Below are positions 29,058 through 38,329 of a DNA stretch of 64,000 nucleotides, in pieces. The stretch lies in assembly GCA_044229975.1 (NCBI GenBank), contig JBGARZ010000002.1, forward strand, positions 992,001 to 1,056,000, given 5' to 3'. The stretch is from Polyangiales bacterium (GTDB lineage: Bacteria; Myxococcota_A; Polyangia; Polyangiales; Ga0077539). Below the pieces are notes generated by a model. It ran no database searches and was not told the DNA's origin. It saw only the letters and a program-made list of their open reading frames with translations. How positions within the stretch are numbered: position 1 is the stretch's first letter; every line of letters begins with the position of its first letter. A program made the position numbers and the translations under genes.

Positions 29058-29572
29058 AGCGAGCGACGACGTTCTGGCTGATGGCGACCCTGGGGTGCGC
29101 GAGCACGCAGACGACAACGGCGCCCGCCGCGCCTGCGAGCGACGAGGCCCTCGCGCGGGTGGCGGCGGTGCACGGGGGCGCCGGGCCCTTCGCCGTAGCG
29201 GGATACCGCATGGGGGCGCGGGCGCTGACGGAGCTGTCGCTGCCGCGCGGGAGCTTCGACGTCGACGTGGAGCACACCTCGCCGCCGGAGGTGCAGTTCA
29301 GTTGCATCGCGGACGGGGTGGCCGCGGCGACGGGGGCGAGCCTCGGGAGGCTCAACCTCCGGCGCGTCGACACCACCGACGGGACGACCCACACCCAGGT
29401 GCGCGACCGCCGCAGCGGTCGGGCCGTGGTGCTGCGGTTGACGCCGGGCTTCCTGGCGCGGTACCGCGACGTACCGATGCCGGGGCTCGGCGCGGCGGGT
29501 CGCACGGTGCTCGACCTGCGCGACGAGGAGATCTTCGAGGTGGTGCCAGAGCCGCGAGAGGTGACGCGATGA
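29054..29572 (+). CDS. FmdE-family lipoprotein
   Basis: Lipobox 'TLGC'; 'VHGGAGPFAVAGYRMG' and 'SCIADGV..ATGASLG'; ATGA overlap with the upstream gene. Confidence 0.72.
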   Translation: MKRATTFWLMATLGCASTQTTTAPAAPASDEALARVAAVHGGAGPFAVAGYRMGARALTELSLPRGSFDVDVEHTSPPEVQFSCIADGVAAATGASLGRLNLRRVDTTDGTTHTQVRDRRSGRAVVLRLTPGFLARYRDVPMPGLGAAGRTVLDLRDEEIFEVVPEPREVTR

Positions 29573-30096
29573 CCGACGCCGTACCGTTCAAGCTGAGCCG
29601 CGAGAGCAACATCCGCGTCGACCGCGAGGGGCACATCTGGCACGAGGGCGAACGGGTGCTGCACCCGGGCCTCGCGCGCACCCTCGCCCGCTGGATCGAC
29701 ATCGAGCCGAGCGGCCGCTACGTGATGCGCAACGCGCTCGACTGGTGCTTCATCACCGTCGACCACACGCCCCTGGTCGTGCGCTCGGTGACGCTGGAGA
29801 CCGACCCCGCGATGCGCGTCGAGGTCGAGCTCTCCGACGACACCACCGAGAAGCTCGACCTGCGCACCGTACAGGTCGACCCCGATGGAGTGGTCTACGC
29901 CCACGTCCGTGGGGGCAAGCTCCTGGCGCGCTTCGACCGGCAGCCGTCGTTCAAGTTTCTGGAGCACGTCGAGGCCGACGAGAAGGGCATCATGATCTTC
30001 CGTTTGGGTACGCTCATGGTCCGCATCGCCCCGCTGGAGCGCGGCGAGACCCTCGTCCCCCCTGCCCCGCCGCGCAGCCAGGCCAGCCGCGGCTGA
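29569..30096 (+). CDS. DUF1285-like protein
   Basis: 'IRVDREGHIWHEGERV', 'ITVDHTPLVV', 'LARFDR'; ATGA overlap. Confidence 0.65.
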   Translation: MTDAVPFKLSRESNIRVDREGHIWHEGERVLHPGLARTLARWIDIEPSGRYVMRNALDWCFITVDHTPLVVRSVTLETDPAMRVEVELSDDTTEKLDLRTVQVDPDGVVYAHVRGGKLLARFDRQPSFKFLEHVEADEKGIMIFRLGTLMVRIAPLERGETLVPPAPPRSQASRG

Positions 30097-30167
30097 TGGT
30101 CGCAGCGACGGGGATGCCGGTTGACCCCGCTCGGGCCGCGGTGCTACCGCCCGCCGCGATCACCCCG

Positions 30168-30422
30168 ATGCCCACGGTCACGCTCTACACCCGACGCGGC
30201 TGCCACCTCTGCGACGACGCCAAGACCGTCCTCGACGCCGTCCGGGGCGAGCACCCCTTCGAGCTCGCGGTCGTCGACATCGACACCGACCCCGCGCTCG
30301 TCGCGCGCTACACCGACGAAGTGCCGGTCATCGCGGTCGACGGTCGTAAGGCGTTCAAGTACCGCGTGACGGCGGCCGAGCTCGTCGCGCGCCTCCAGCA
30401 GTCGGAGGCCACCACGCCATGA
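30168..30422 (+). CDS. Glutaredoxin-like protein (DUF836)
   Basis: 'LYTRRGCHLCDDA..VDIDTDP..Y..VPV'. Confidence 0.85.
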   Translation: MPTVTLYTRRGCHLCDDAKTVLDAVRGEHPFELAVVDIDTDPALVARYTDEVPVIAVDGRKAFKYRVTAAELVARLQQSEATTP

Positions 30423-31003
30423 GCCGACCTCCCTTCGATCGCCGTCAGACCGCCCTCATCGTCTCTGGCGCCTTCGTCATCGCGGCGCTCGCCGCAGGCG
30501 TCACCTTTGGCGCGGCCGCCCTCGACGGTGAGCACCGCCGCGGCACCGCGCTCATCGCCACGCTGCGCCCCGACTACGTCGGCAACGACCGCGTCGCGCC
30601 CGACTTCTCCCTGCGCGACCGCAACGGCCGCAGCGTCAGCCTCCGCTCCTTCCGCGGACGAACGGTGGTGCTGCACTTCTGGTCGCGCGAGTGCCCGCCG
30701 TGCATCGAAGAGCTCGCCGAGTCGCTCCCGGCCTTCGACGAGCTGGTGCACTCCACGCCCGACCTCGCGCTCCTCATGGTCAGCGTCGACGCCAACTGGG
30801 CCGCCGTCGCGCCGCTGGTCCCGTCCAGCATGCACGCGCCGATGCTCTTCGACCCCGATCGCAGCGTCGTCGAACGCCGTTACGGCACGAAGCTATTCCC
30901 CGAGACCTGGATCATCGACCCCGAAGGCGTCATCCGCGCCCGCTTCGACCGCACCCTCGACTGGACCTCGCCCGCCCTGCTCTCGTTCGTGCGCTCGCTC
31001 TAG
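30419..31003 (+). CDS. Membrane-anchored TlpA/ResA-family disulfide reductase
   Basis: N-terminal TM, 'APDFSL', 'LHFWSRECPPC', 'FPETWIIDPEG'. Confidence 0.85.
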   Translation: MSRPPFDRRQTALIVSGAFVIAALAAGVTFGAAALDGEHRRGTALIATLRPDYVGNDRVAPDFSLRDRNGRSVSLRSFRGRTVVLHFWSRECPPCIEELAESLPAFDELVHSTPDLALLMVSVDANWAAVAPLVPSSMHAPMLFDPDRSVVERRYGTKLFPETWIIDPEGVIRARFDRTLDWTSPALLSFVRSL

Positions 31004-31063
31004 CGAGGCCATCGCGCGGGGCGTGCTTGACCCCGTGCGGGCGCCCTTCTACACCGCGTCCCC

Positions 31064-32362
31064 ATGCATCCGGTCATGATCACGGTCCCGGGGTGGGCGT
31101 TCAAGTTCATCGTCCCCGCGCTCATCCTGTGGGGCGTCTACTCCATCATCGTCAACGTCAACCGCAACGGCGCACCGCCGCCGAAGAAGGGCGCGGAGGG
31201 CGACGCGAAGGACGACAAGGGCCCCATCGCCGACTCACCCGCCAACGCCCTGTTGTCGGTCGCCATCGGCATCGGCGTCTTCGCCTACGCCGCGCCCCTC
31301 GGGCTGCACGGCTCCAACGCCGAGAAGGCCCTCCAGGTCATCAAGGGCTTCGCCCGCGGCCTCATCTGGAAGTCCCCGTGGGAGTCGCTCCCCATCTACT
31401 CGTACGGCGTGATGCTCGGGCTCTCGCTCGTCGTCGGCTGGTACGTCGTGCTCGGGCTCACCGACCGGCAGGGCCTCCCCCGCGACAAGATGGCCGACTG
31501 CTACGTCTTCACCGCCTTCATGGCCGTGGTCGGCGCGCGCGTCCTCTACTTCCTCACCAACCTCGACGAGTTCTCGTCGCCCCTCCAGATCCTCCAGCTC
31601 CGCTCGGGCGGCCTCGTCGCCTACGGCGGCTTCCTCGGCGGCCTGCTGGGCAGCGTGATCTACCTCTATCGCAACGGCTTCTCGCTCTGGAAGTGGGCCG
31701 ACGCCGCCGTCCCCGCCCTCGGCTCCGGGCTCATGATCACCCGCCTCGGTTGCTACATGTACGGCTGCGACTTCGGCCAGCCGCTCTCGCCGCGCGCGCC
31801 CGCGTGGTTGAAGTTCCTCGGCACCTTCCCCCACTGGCACGACGGCCACGGGGCGCCCGCCTGGCAGCAGCACGTGCGCCTCGGGTTCCGCGCCACCCGC
31901 GAGGTCTGCGAGCGCGGCTACCACGGCATCTTCAACGCCGCCGACGGCCTCTGCCACATCGCCCCCACCACCGAGCACTCGGTGCCCGTGCACCCCACCC
32001 AGCTCTACGAGTCGCTCGTGGGCCTCGGCGTGTTCGCGACGCTCCTCTTCATCTGGCGCCGCCGTCAGTGGGAAGGCCAGGTCTTCCTCGCCTTCTGGAT
32101 CGTCTACGGCGTCGGCCGCTTCCTGCTGGAGATCATCCGCGACGACGCCGAGCGCGGCACCGTGGGCAACCTCTCCACGTCGCAGTTCATCGCCATCGTC
32201 TCGGTGGTCATCTGCATCCCGCTCTACCTCTACCGTCGCAAGACCGCCGAGCGCGCGAAGCCCGCCAACCTCTTCGCCCCCGTCGAGAAGCCCGCCGTCG
32301 AGACGAAGCCCGTCGCGGAAGAGAAGCCCGCCGCCGACGACAAGCCCGCCGCCTCGAACTGA
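31064..32362 (+). CDS. lgt: Prolipoprotein diacylglyceryl transferase
   Basis: 'IYSYG', 'VGARVLY', 'GGLVAYGG', 'RLGCYMYGCDFG', 'HPTQLYE', 'RFLLEIIR'. Confidence 0.9.
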   Translation: MHPVMITVPGWAFKFIVPALILWGVYSIIVNVNRNGAPPPKKGAEGDAKDDKGPIADSPANALLSVAIGIGVFAYAAPLGLHGSNAEKALQVIKGFARGLIWKSPWESLPIYSYGVMLGLSLVVGWYVVLGLTDRQGLPRDKMADCYVFTAFMAVVGARVLYFLTNLDEFSSPLQILQLRSGGLVAYGGFLGGLLGSVIYLYRNGFSLWKWADAAVPALGSGLMITRLGCYMYGCDFGQPLSPRAPAWLKFLGTFPHWHDGHGAPAWQQHVRLGFRATREVCERGYHGIFNAADGLCHIAPTTEHSVPVHPTQLYESLVGLGVFATLLFIWRRRQWEGQVFLAFWIVYGVGRFLLEIIRDDAERGTVGNLSTSQFIAIVSVVICIPLYLYRRKTAERAKPANLFAPVEKPAVETKPVAEEKPAADDKPAASN

Positions 32363-32526
32363 TCGCCCGCCCCCGTCTCCGCGCAATCCTGTCTTGTGCG
32401 GCACTTGCGCCACCTGCGCTCCTGTCGTCCAATCGCCGATGAGAAGTGGGTACCGGCCCGGTGACCGATGGTGGTCGTCGGCGGCGTCTCCGCATCTCCC
32501 CACCGGCTTCTTCAGGAGCCCCGCGC

Positions 32527-35001
32527 ATGCCGCACCTCATCGGCCTCGAACTGCACACGGACGGCATCTCCGTCGCCGCGCTGCGCCCCGACCAGACCAT
32601 CGTGCTCCGGCCGGTCAACGACCTGGCGGGCATCCTCCAGCGGACGAGCTCCCTGCGGTGGAAGTGGTCGCTCGGCACCGAAGAGCGCGACGCGGGTGCG
32701 GTGGCCGTGGCGGCGGAGATCTTCCAGTCGCTCCAGCACGCCATGGGCGACGACCACGTGCTCGCCGCCGTCGCGGTCCCATCGGTGTGGACCGATCGTG
32801 CGCGGCGCTCGCTCCTGCGCGCGATGGAAGACACCAGCATCGAGGCGATGCGGCTCGTGCGCGACACCACCGCGCTCGCCCTCGGCGCGAGCCTCGTCGA
32901 CCCCACCGTCCATGGTCTCTGCGCGATCATCGACCTCGGCATCCACAAGCTGGAGATCGCCATCGCGGAGGTCGGTACCGGGGCGGTCAGGGTGCGGGCG
33001 CGGCGCGGTGTCGTGGGCCTCGACTCGTCCAACGTGAAGCCCGAAGGAATCCTCCCCCTGGTGATGGAGGTGGCCCGCTACGTCGCCCACGAGGCGGGCG
33101 TCGCCCCGACCGATCTGGCGCGCGTCGTGACCTGCGGGCGAAGGCTGGCGTCGCGTGAGCTCGCCGACGGAATCGGCGCCGTGTGGGGCATCCCCGCCAA
33201 CGTGTTCCCGGGCGGAACGATCGCGCTCGGTGCCGCGGGCGTGGCCGTCAGCCTCACGGGGATGATCCCGCCGTGGATCGTGATCGATGACCTCGACGAG
33301 ACGCCCCTGAGCAACCTCCGTGGCAACGCCCGTCGGCCGGCATCGCTCACCCCCGCGCCTGTTCCCATCCCCGCGGCCGACGCTCCGACGCCCGCGTCAA
33401 CGCCCACCGTGATGCCAGAGCCGGAAGTCATTCCCCTGGACGCCTTGCCCGTCGAGACCTACCGCACGCCCGACGTGTCGCGCGCCTCGTCGCTCGCCCT
33501 GCCGCGCGTCCCGCCGCCCACCACGGCGCCGACCCCCCAACGCGCCGTGGTCTCGTCCGCCTCCTCCGCGAGAGTCCCCCGCTCGCTCGCTCCACGCGCT
33601 CCCCGCCCGGCGCCCGTCGAGGCTCCGCCGACCCCCGCCGCGCCCGCGGTCGAGGCCGCCGCGCCGCCGCCAATCGATCCCGCATCGCCCGCGTCGCCCG
33701 CGCCGATGGAGGTCGCGCCCGAAGAGGTCCCGCTCCTCGACCTCGCGCCCGAGGACATCTCATCGATGGACGTCGCACCACGCCTCACGCCCTCACCCAC
33801 CCCGCTGCCGGCGCCAGTCTCGGAGCGGCCGCCGCCGTACGACCCGACGCCATCCCGGTCGCCCTCGTCGTCGCAAGACCTCGTCGCGGTGGACACTGGA
33901 CGCATCAGCGAGCTCCCGTACGCCCCGTCGACCTCGACGCACGTCGTCGAACCCCACTCGGGGCCCTTCGTCGGCCTTCCTCGGCTCGACTCGATTCTCG
34001 CGCTCGACCTCGTGCACCCCGCCGAAAACGAAGGGCTCGCGCGGCCCACCATCGCGACGCTGCTCAACCAGTTCACGTTTCTGCGCGGCATCTCCGGGAC
34101 GCTCACGCTGCGGTCGCGCGCCGAGGAGATCACCCTCCCCATCGACCGCGGCGGGGTGTGCCTCACCGCCGCCGAGCGCGGCCGCACCCTGCGCATCTTC
34201 GACTGGCCCGACGGGGCCTACTCCTGGCGTCGTGAGAAGCACCCGTGGGCGGTGCAGAAGCAGCGCTTCCCGATGACGGCCTACCTCGTCGCGGGCCTCC
34301 GCATCCGGCTGCGCAACTTCGACGACCCGCAGTTCACGCAGGTGCACATGCCGAAGATGCGGCTCTCTCCGACGGTCATCGACGACCGCCGCGGACGCCT
34401 CGAACGCCTCGCGCTCCCGGAGGCCGAGCACCGCGCGGTGGAGTACGTCGTCGATGGCACGCGCAGCTTCGAGCGGATGCTCGGCGAGGGGTACATCGGC
34501 CGAACGACCTTCCAGCGACTGGTGCTGCTGCTCGACCTCTACGGCATCTTGCAGTGGGCCCAGCCGACGCTCTCCGACCACGAAGACCCCATCGCGGCGA
34601 TGACGAAGCTCTACGGCAAGATCGAGCGGGCCAACCACTTCGTCGCCATGGGCATCCACTGGAGCGCGCCGCCCATCGAGATCCTCGCGGCGTGGGAGAA
34701 GGCCCAGGAGACCTACGGCCCCGGCGGGACCATGGAGAAGTACGAGCCCATGATCGCGGCCCGCATCCTCCGGCGCATCAGCGGGGCGTGGCAGATCCTG
34801 CGGGTCGACGCGCTGCGCGTGGCCCACCGCCGCGAGGCGTACCCCGGGATGGACGAGGACCTCCTCGCGCCCCTGGTGGAGGCCCGCGCCAAGGCGCTGG
34901 AGATGCGCGGAGAGAAGAGCGAGGCGGCGGTGATGATGCGGCTGCGCGGGGAGTTCACGGTGACCTCGATTCCCGAGGAGCCCGTGAAGCCCAAGCGCTG
35001 A
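32527..35001 (+). CDS. Degenerate Hsp70-like N-domain, Pro-rich linker and J-domain-like C-terminus
   Basis: 'AVAVPSVWTDRARRSL..MRLVRDTTALAL..IIDLG' parallels Hsp70 'ITVPAYFND.QR..LRIINEPTAAAL..VYDLG'. C-terminal 'HFVAMGI..EILAAW..YGP..ISGAWQIL' parallels a J-domain. Confidence 0.6.
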   Translation: MPHLIGLELHTDGISVAALRPDQTIVLRPVNDLAGILQRTSSLRWKWSLGTEERDAGAVAVAAEIFQSLQHAMGDDHVLAAVAVPSVWTDRARRSLLRAMEDTSIEAMRLVRDTTALALGASLVDPTVHGLCAIIDLGIHKLEIAIAEVGTGAVRVRARRGVVGLDSSNVKPEGILPLVMEVARYVAHEAGVAPTDLARVVTCGRRLASRELADGIGAVWGIPANVFPGGTIALGAAGVAVSLTGMIPPWIVIDDLDETPLSNLRGNARRPASLTPAPVPIPAADAPTPASTPTVMPEPEVIPLDALPVETYRTPDVSRASSLALPRVPPPTTAPTPQRAVVSSASSARVPRSLAPRAPRPAPVEAPPTPAAPAVEAAAPPPIDPASPASPAPMEVAPEEVPLLDLAPEDISSMDVAPRLTPSPTPLPAPVSERPPPYDPTPSRSPSSSQDLVAVDTGRISELPYAPSTSTHVVEPHSGPFVGLPRLDSILALDLVHPAENEGLARPTIATLLNQFTFLRGISGTLTLRSRAEEITLPIDRGGVCLTAAERGRTLRIFDWPDGAYSWRREKHPWAVQKQRFPMTAYLVAGLRIRLRNFDDPQFTQVHMPKMRLSPTVIDDRRGRLERLALPEAEHRAVEYVVDGTRSFERMLGEGYIGRTTFQRLVLLLDLYGILQWAQPTLSDHEDPIAAMTKLYGKIERANHFVAMGIHWSAPPIEILAAWEKAQETYGPGGTMEKYEPMIAARILRRISGAWQILRVDALRVAHRREAYPGMDEDLLAPLVEARAKALEMRGEKSEAAVMMRLRGEFTVTSIPEEPVKPKR

Positions 35002-35010
35002 GGGACGGCG

Positions 35011-37131
35011 CTACCGGCTGAAGGTGATGTTGCGGGCCGAGTACGCCGACCAGTAGAGCTGCGACAGGTTGGTGTAGCGAAACTCGTTGAAGGCGAAGCC
35101 CGCGACGCGGAAGGCCGTGAGGTACAGGTAGAACGACTGCCCCGCCGGCAGGTCGCGCAGCCCCATGACCCCGGAGAGGTCGGGGAAGCGGAACGTTCGC
35201 TCGGTGGCGTTGGCGTAGGTCTGCCAGTACTGGGTGTCGCCGCTGAGCGAGAGGTTGAACATGTCCGGGTCGTTGCCGCGCTGGGTGAAGCGCACGGTGC
35301 GATCGGACGGCAGCCTGCCCCCGTCGGTCGGGACATCGAACTCGGGGATACCCACCCAGTTGTCGATGCGGACGGTGTCGTCGGGCGACGTGATGCCGCC
35401 GACGACGACGGCGCTCGATGGAGGCGAGAGGTACTCAGAGCCATCGGCGTTGCGCCCGCCGCTCACGCCGTAGGTGGCGCGCACGATGAGCCGCGCGTCG
35501 GCGAGCGGACCGCTGAAGGGCGGCAGCGCGACGAGGTTGTAGTTGTCGCCCACGTCACGGCCGTACGCGGTGATCTCCGAGCGGGCGATGACCCCTTCGC
35601 CGCCGAGGTTGAGGAAGCCTTCGACGCGCAGTCGGTTGGGCGCATCGCGCGTGACCGGCGGGAGGTTGGCGAGGCGCACCTCGGTCTGGTGATCGAGGGG
35701 GATGTTCATGTTGACCACCACGTTGGCGATCATGGCGCGGGGCGAGCCGAGCACGCCGCGCGCGACGCCCATGATGTACGGGGTGAAGCGGGTGCGGTCG
35801 CGGTTGTTCTCGATGCCCGCGATGGCGTAGACGGCCATCGACCCATTGCGCGTGTTGATGGTGAAGGGGTAGCCGCGACCGCCATAACCGGGCGTGACGA
35901 CCTCGACGACCTGGCCGCCATCCGAGGGCTGGTTGGGGGTCGAGAGGATGTCCGTGGTGGTCACGAAGACCCGCGCCACGCGGCGCTCTCCCGCACGGGG
36001 TTCGGGGACGTTGCGCCACGGGTTGGGCGCAAACTCGTTGGGGCCTTCCCACACGAGCTCGCCCGAGACCTGGGTGCCGAAGGTCCCGCGGCCGGGGGTG
36101 TTGTCCGGGGGCATGCCCTCGGCGATGCACGCCGGGATCATCTGCGCGTAGAGGTAGAGCGACACGTTGCGCGCGTCGAAGACCTGCACCGTCTGGCTGT
36201 TGAAGCAGTGCGCGCTGATGGTCATCGTGACGGGCCCGCGCAGCTCGGGGAAGCCCACCGACGCGCGGCCGCGCTCGTTGGTGCGCGTCGAGCGCGGCGG
36301 CGCCACGAGGGGGTCGTCGCCGAGGAAGACCAGCGCGTTGGGGATGGGGTCGCCCGTGTTGCCCGCGAGCACGGTGACGTTGATGTTGCCGAGGATGGGG
36401 CCGCCACCGAGACCGCCGCGCGCGGCCTCGGCGCTGTCGGTGTAGTTGAAGGCGTCGGCGACGGCGATGCGCTCGTCGCCAGTGACGACGGTGACATCGA
36501 CGCGCGCCTCGGGGTGGGCGGGCGTGAGGCAGGTGAGCAGCTCGGGGCCACCGACGCGGATGCCGGTACAGGGCAGGCCGTCGAGGGTGACGGCGCTGGC
36601 GTCGGTGAAGTGGGTTCCGAGGCCGCGGATGGTGAGGAGCGTGTTGCCCGCTGGCGTGCCATCGGGCGGCTCGGTGGCGATGGCGTCGTAGCGGTAGCCC
36701 ATCGGGAGCGTCGTGGTGCGGCCGTCGACCTGCACGGTGACATCAACGGCGCCCGCGCGGCCCGCCGGGGGCTTCACGGTGAGGCGGCCCTGGTCGTTGG
36801 CGACGGTGTCGGCAGGCTGCACGAGGTTGCCGCCGAAGGTGACGACGGACTCCGGGGTGAAGTTGGAGCCACGCACGACGACGGAGTTGCCCCCGGTGAA
36901 GGGACCGTGGTCGGGCACGACGCCGACGACGACGGGGTTGGTGTTGCGCGGGACGTCCGGGCGGGCCGCGTCGCGGGCTTCGGTGGAGACGTCGGCCTGC
37001 ACGATGCGCGGGACATCGACGCCGGCATCGACGGCGGGCGCGGGCGCGGTGAAGGGGTCGTCGGCACAGCCAGCGACGAGCACAGACGCGAGGAGGGCGA
37101 CGGAGCGCGCGCGGGGCCGGGGAGCGTTCAT
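35011..37131 (-). CDS. IPT/TIG-domain lipoprotein
   Basis: Lipobox 'LVAGC'; two IPT/TIG repeats ('PDHGPFTGGNSVVVRGSNF', 'PPDGTPAGNTLLTIRG..F'); ATG 37131 chosen. Confidence 0.8.
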   Translation of the reverse strand: MNAPRPRARSVALLASVLVAGCADDPFTAPAPAVDAGVDVPRIVQADVSTEARDAARPDVPRNTNPVVVGVVPDHGPFTGGNSVVVRGSNFTPESVVTFGGNLVQPADTVANDQGRLTVKPPAGRAGAVDVTVQVDGRTTTLPMGYRYDAIATEPPDGTPAGNTLLTIRGLGTHFTDASAVTLDGLPCTGIRVGGPELLTCLTPAHPEARVDVTVVTGDERIAVADAFNYTDSAEAARGGLGGGPILGNINVTVLAGNTGDPIPNALVFLGDDPLVAPPRSTRTNERGRASVGFPELRGPVTMTISAHCFNSQTVQVFDARNVSLYLYAQMIPACIAEGMPPDNTPGRGTFGTQVSGELVWEGPNEFAPNPWRNVPEPRAGERRVARVFVTTTDILSTPNQPSDGGQVVEVVTPGYGGRGYPFTINTRNGSMAVYAIAGIENNRDRTRFTPYIMGVARGVLGSPRAMIANVVVNMNIPLDHQTEVRLANLPPVTRDAPNRLRVEGFLNLGGEGVIARSEITAYGRDVGDNYNLVALPPFSGPLADARLIVRATYGVSGGRNADGSEYLSPPSSAVVVGGITSPDDTVRIDNWVGIPEFDVPTDGGRLPSDRTVRFTQRGNDPDMFNLSLSGDTQYWQTYANATERTFRFPDLSGVMGLRDLPAGQSFYLYLTAFRVAGFAFNEFRYTNLSQLYWSAYSARNITFSR

Positions 37132-37207
37132 GGGGCGAGTATCGGGTGGAGGGGGCAGCGGTGCAATCGGGCGGATCGACCGCGGTGGGCGTGGGTCAGG
37201 GGCATGG

Positions 37208-37393
37208 CGTGGACTTGGTCGACGGTAGGGATCGAACACCCGATGGGCCCCGTGGACTCGGTCGACGGTAGGGATCGAACACCCGACGGGCCCCGTGGAC
37301 TCGGTCGACGGTGGGGACCGAACACTTGATGGGTGGCGTGGACTCGGTCGACGGTGACGAGGGGACATCCGATGGGTGGCGTGGACTCGGTCG
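37208..37393. repeat. 43-bp tandem repeat, about 4.3 copies
   Basis: Units start at 37208, 37251, 37294, 37337 and 37380 (partial). Consensus CGTGGACTCGGTCGACGGTAGGGATCGAACACCCGATGGGYSS. Confidence 0.92.
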
Positions 37394-37477
37394 CCCCCCT
37401 TCGATGGATGTTCGAGGGGTGCCTTCGACCGGGGACAATCCCACCGAAGACATCGGCTACCCTGCGATCACAGCGCG

Positions 37478-38239
37478 ATGAACTTCCTGTTCTGGAATCT
37501 GGGGAAGAGACCGATCGAGGAGCTGCTCGCTACGGCGGTTCACGAGCACGACGTCGATGTGATCGTGCTCGCGGAGTGTGAGACTCCGGTCGGGAGATTG
37601 TTGCAGTCGCTCAATCAGGATCGATCACGCCGATACGTACGAGCGGACCTCCTGCCGGGTCGAGTGCAGGTGTTCTCGCGCCTTCAGGCGGGCAGCATCC
37701 AACCTGTACGCAACACGCCCAACGCCGTGATCCATCGTGTCTCACCAAGCTCTGGTGAGGCGTTCTTGTTGGTCGGAGTACACTTCCCCAGCCGTCGACA
37801 CCACCATCCCGACGACCTGAGCGATCTAGCTGGGCGCCTGGCTCGGACCATTCGGAACGCCGAAAAGCGCGAGGGTCACGCTCGGACGCTGGTAGTCGGC
37901 GACTTCAATCTCGACCCGTTCGATCGCGGTCTTGCGGGGAGCGAGGGTCTGCACGCGGTCATGGATCGGCGCATCGCCCAGCGTGGCTCTCGGACGATGC
38001 AGTGGCTCCAGCGTCCGTTCTTCTACAACCCGATGTGGAGCCGACTTGGCGACGCGAGCGTCGGCCCTCCGGGAACCCACTACTACGCTCGCAGCTCCGC
38101 GCTCGCCCTCTTCTGGCACACCTTCGATCAGGTGCTGATGCGCCCTCAAATGATCGATCAGTTCGACCCGATGTCGCTTGCGGTGTTGACGTCCGTTGGG
38201 GATACCTCCCTGGTCGACGAAGTCGGCGTACCAGACGCG
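37478..38239 (+). pseudogene. Endonuclease/exonuclease/phosphatase (EEP) family gene, 5' part, interrupted by a mobile element
   Basis: 'FLFWNL', 'VIVLAE', 'VHFPS', 'VGDFNLDPF', 'FDQVL'. The catalytic SDH is missing here. Read-through into the element stops at 38278. Confidence 0.88.
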
Positions 38240-38329
38240 TTGGTAGGTGCTCTTGCCGCACAACTTCCATCGGTTTGAGGACCTGAAACTCCGGACTTCG
38301 GAGACCTCCTCAAATCGCTGGAGGAGACG

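Noticed and set aside
37208..37393. CRISPR array
   Set aside because: The 24-bp 'spacers' are clearly homologous to each other, and there are no cas genes in the window. It is a tandem repeat.
37376..38278. Intact 300-aa EEP gene as given in the ORF track
   Set aside because: The last 12 codons come from the mobile element, and the catalytic SDH lies beyond it. The upstream extension starts inside the tandem repeat.
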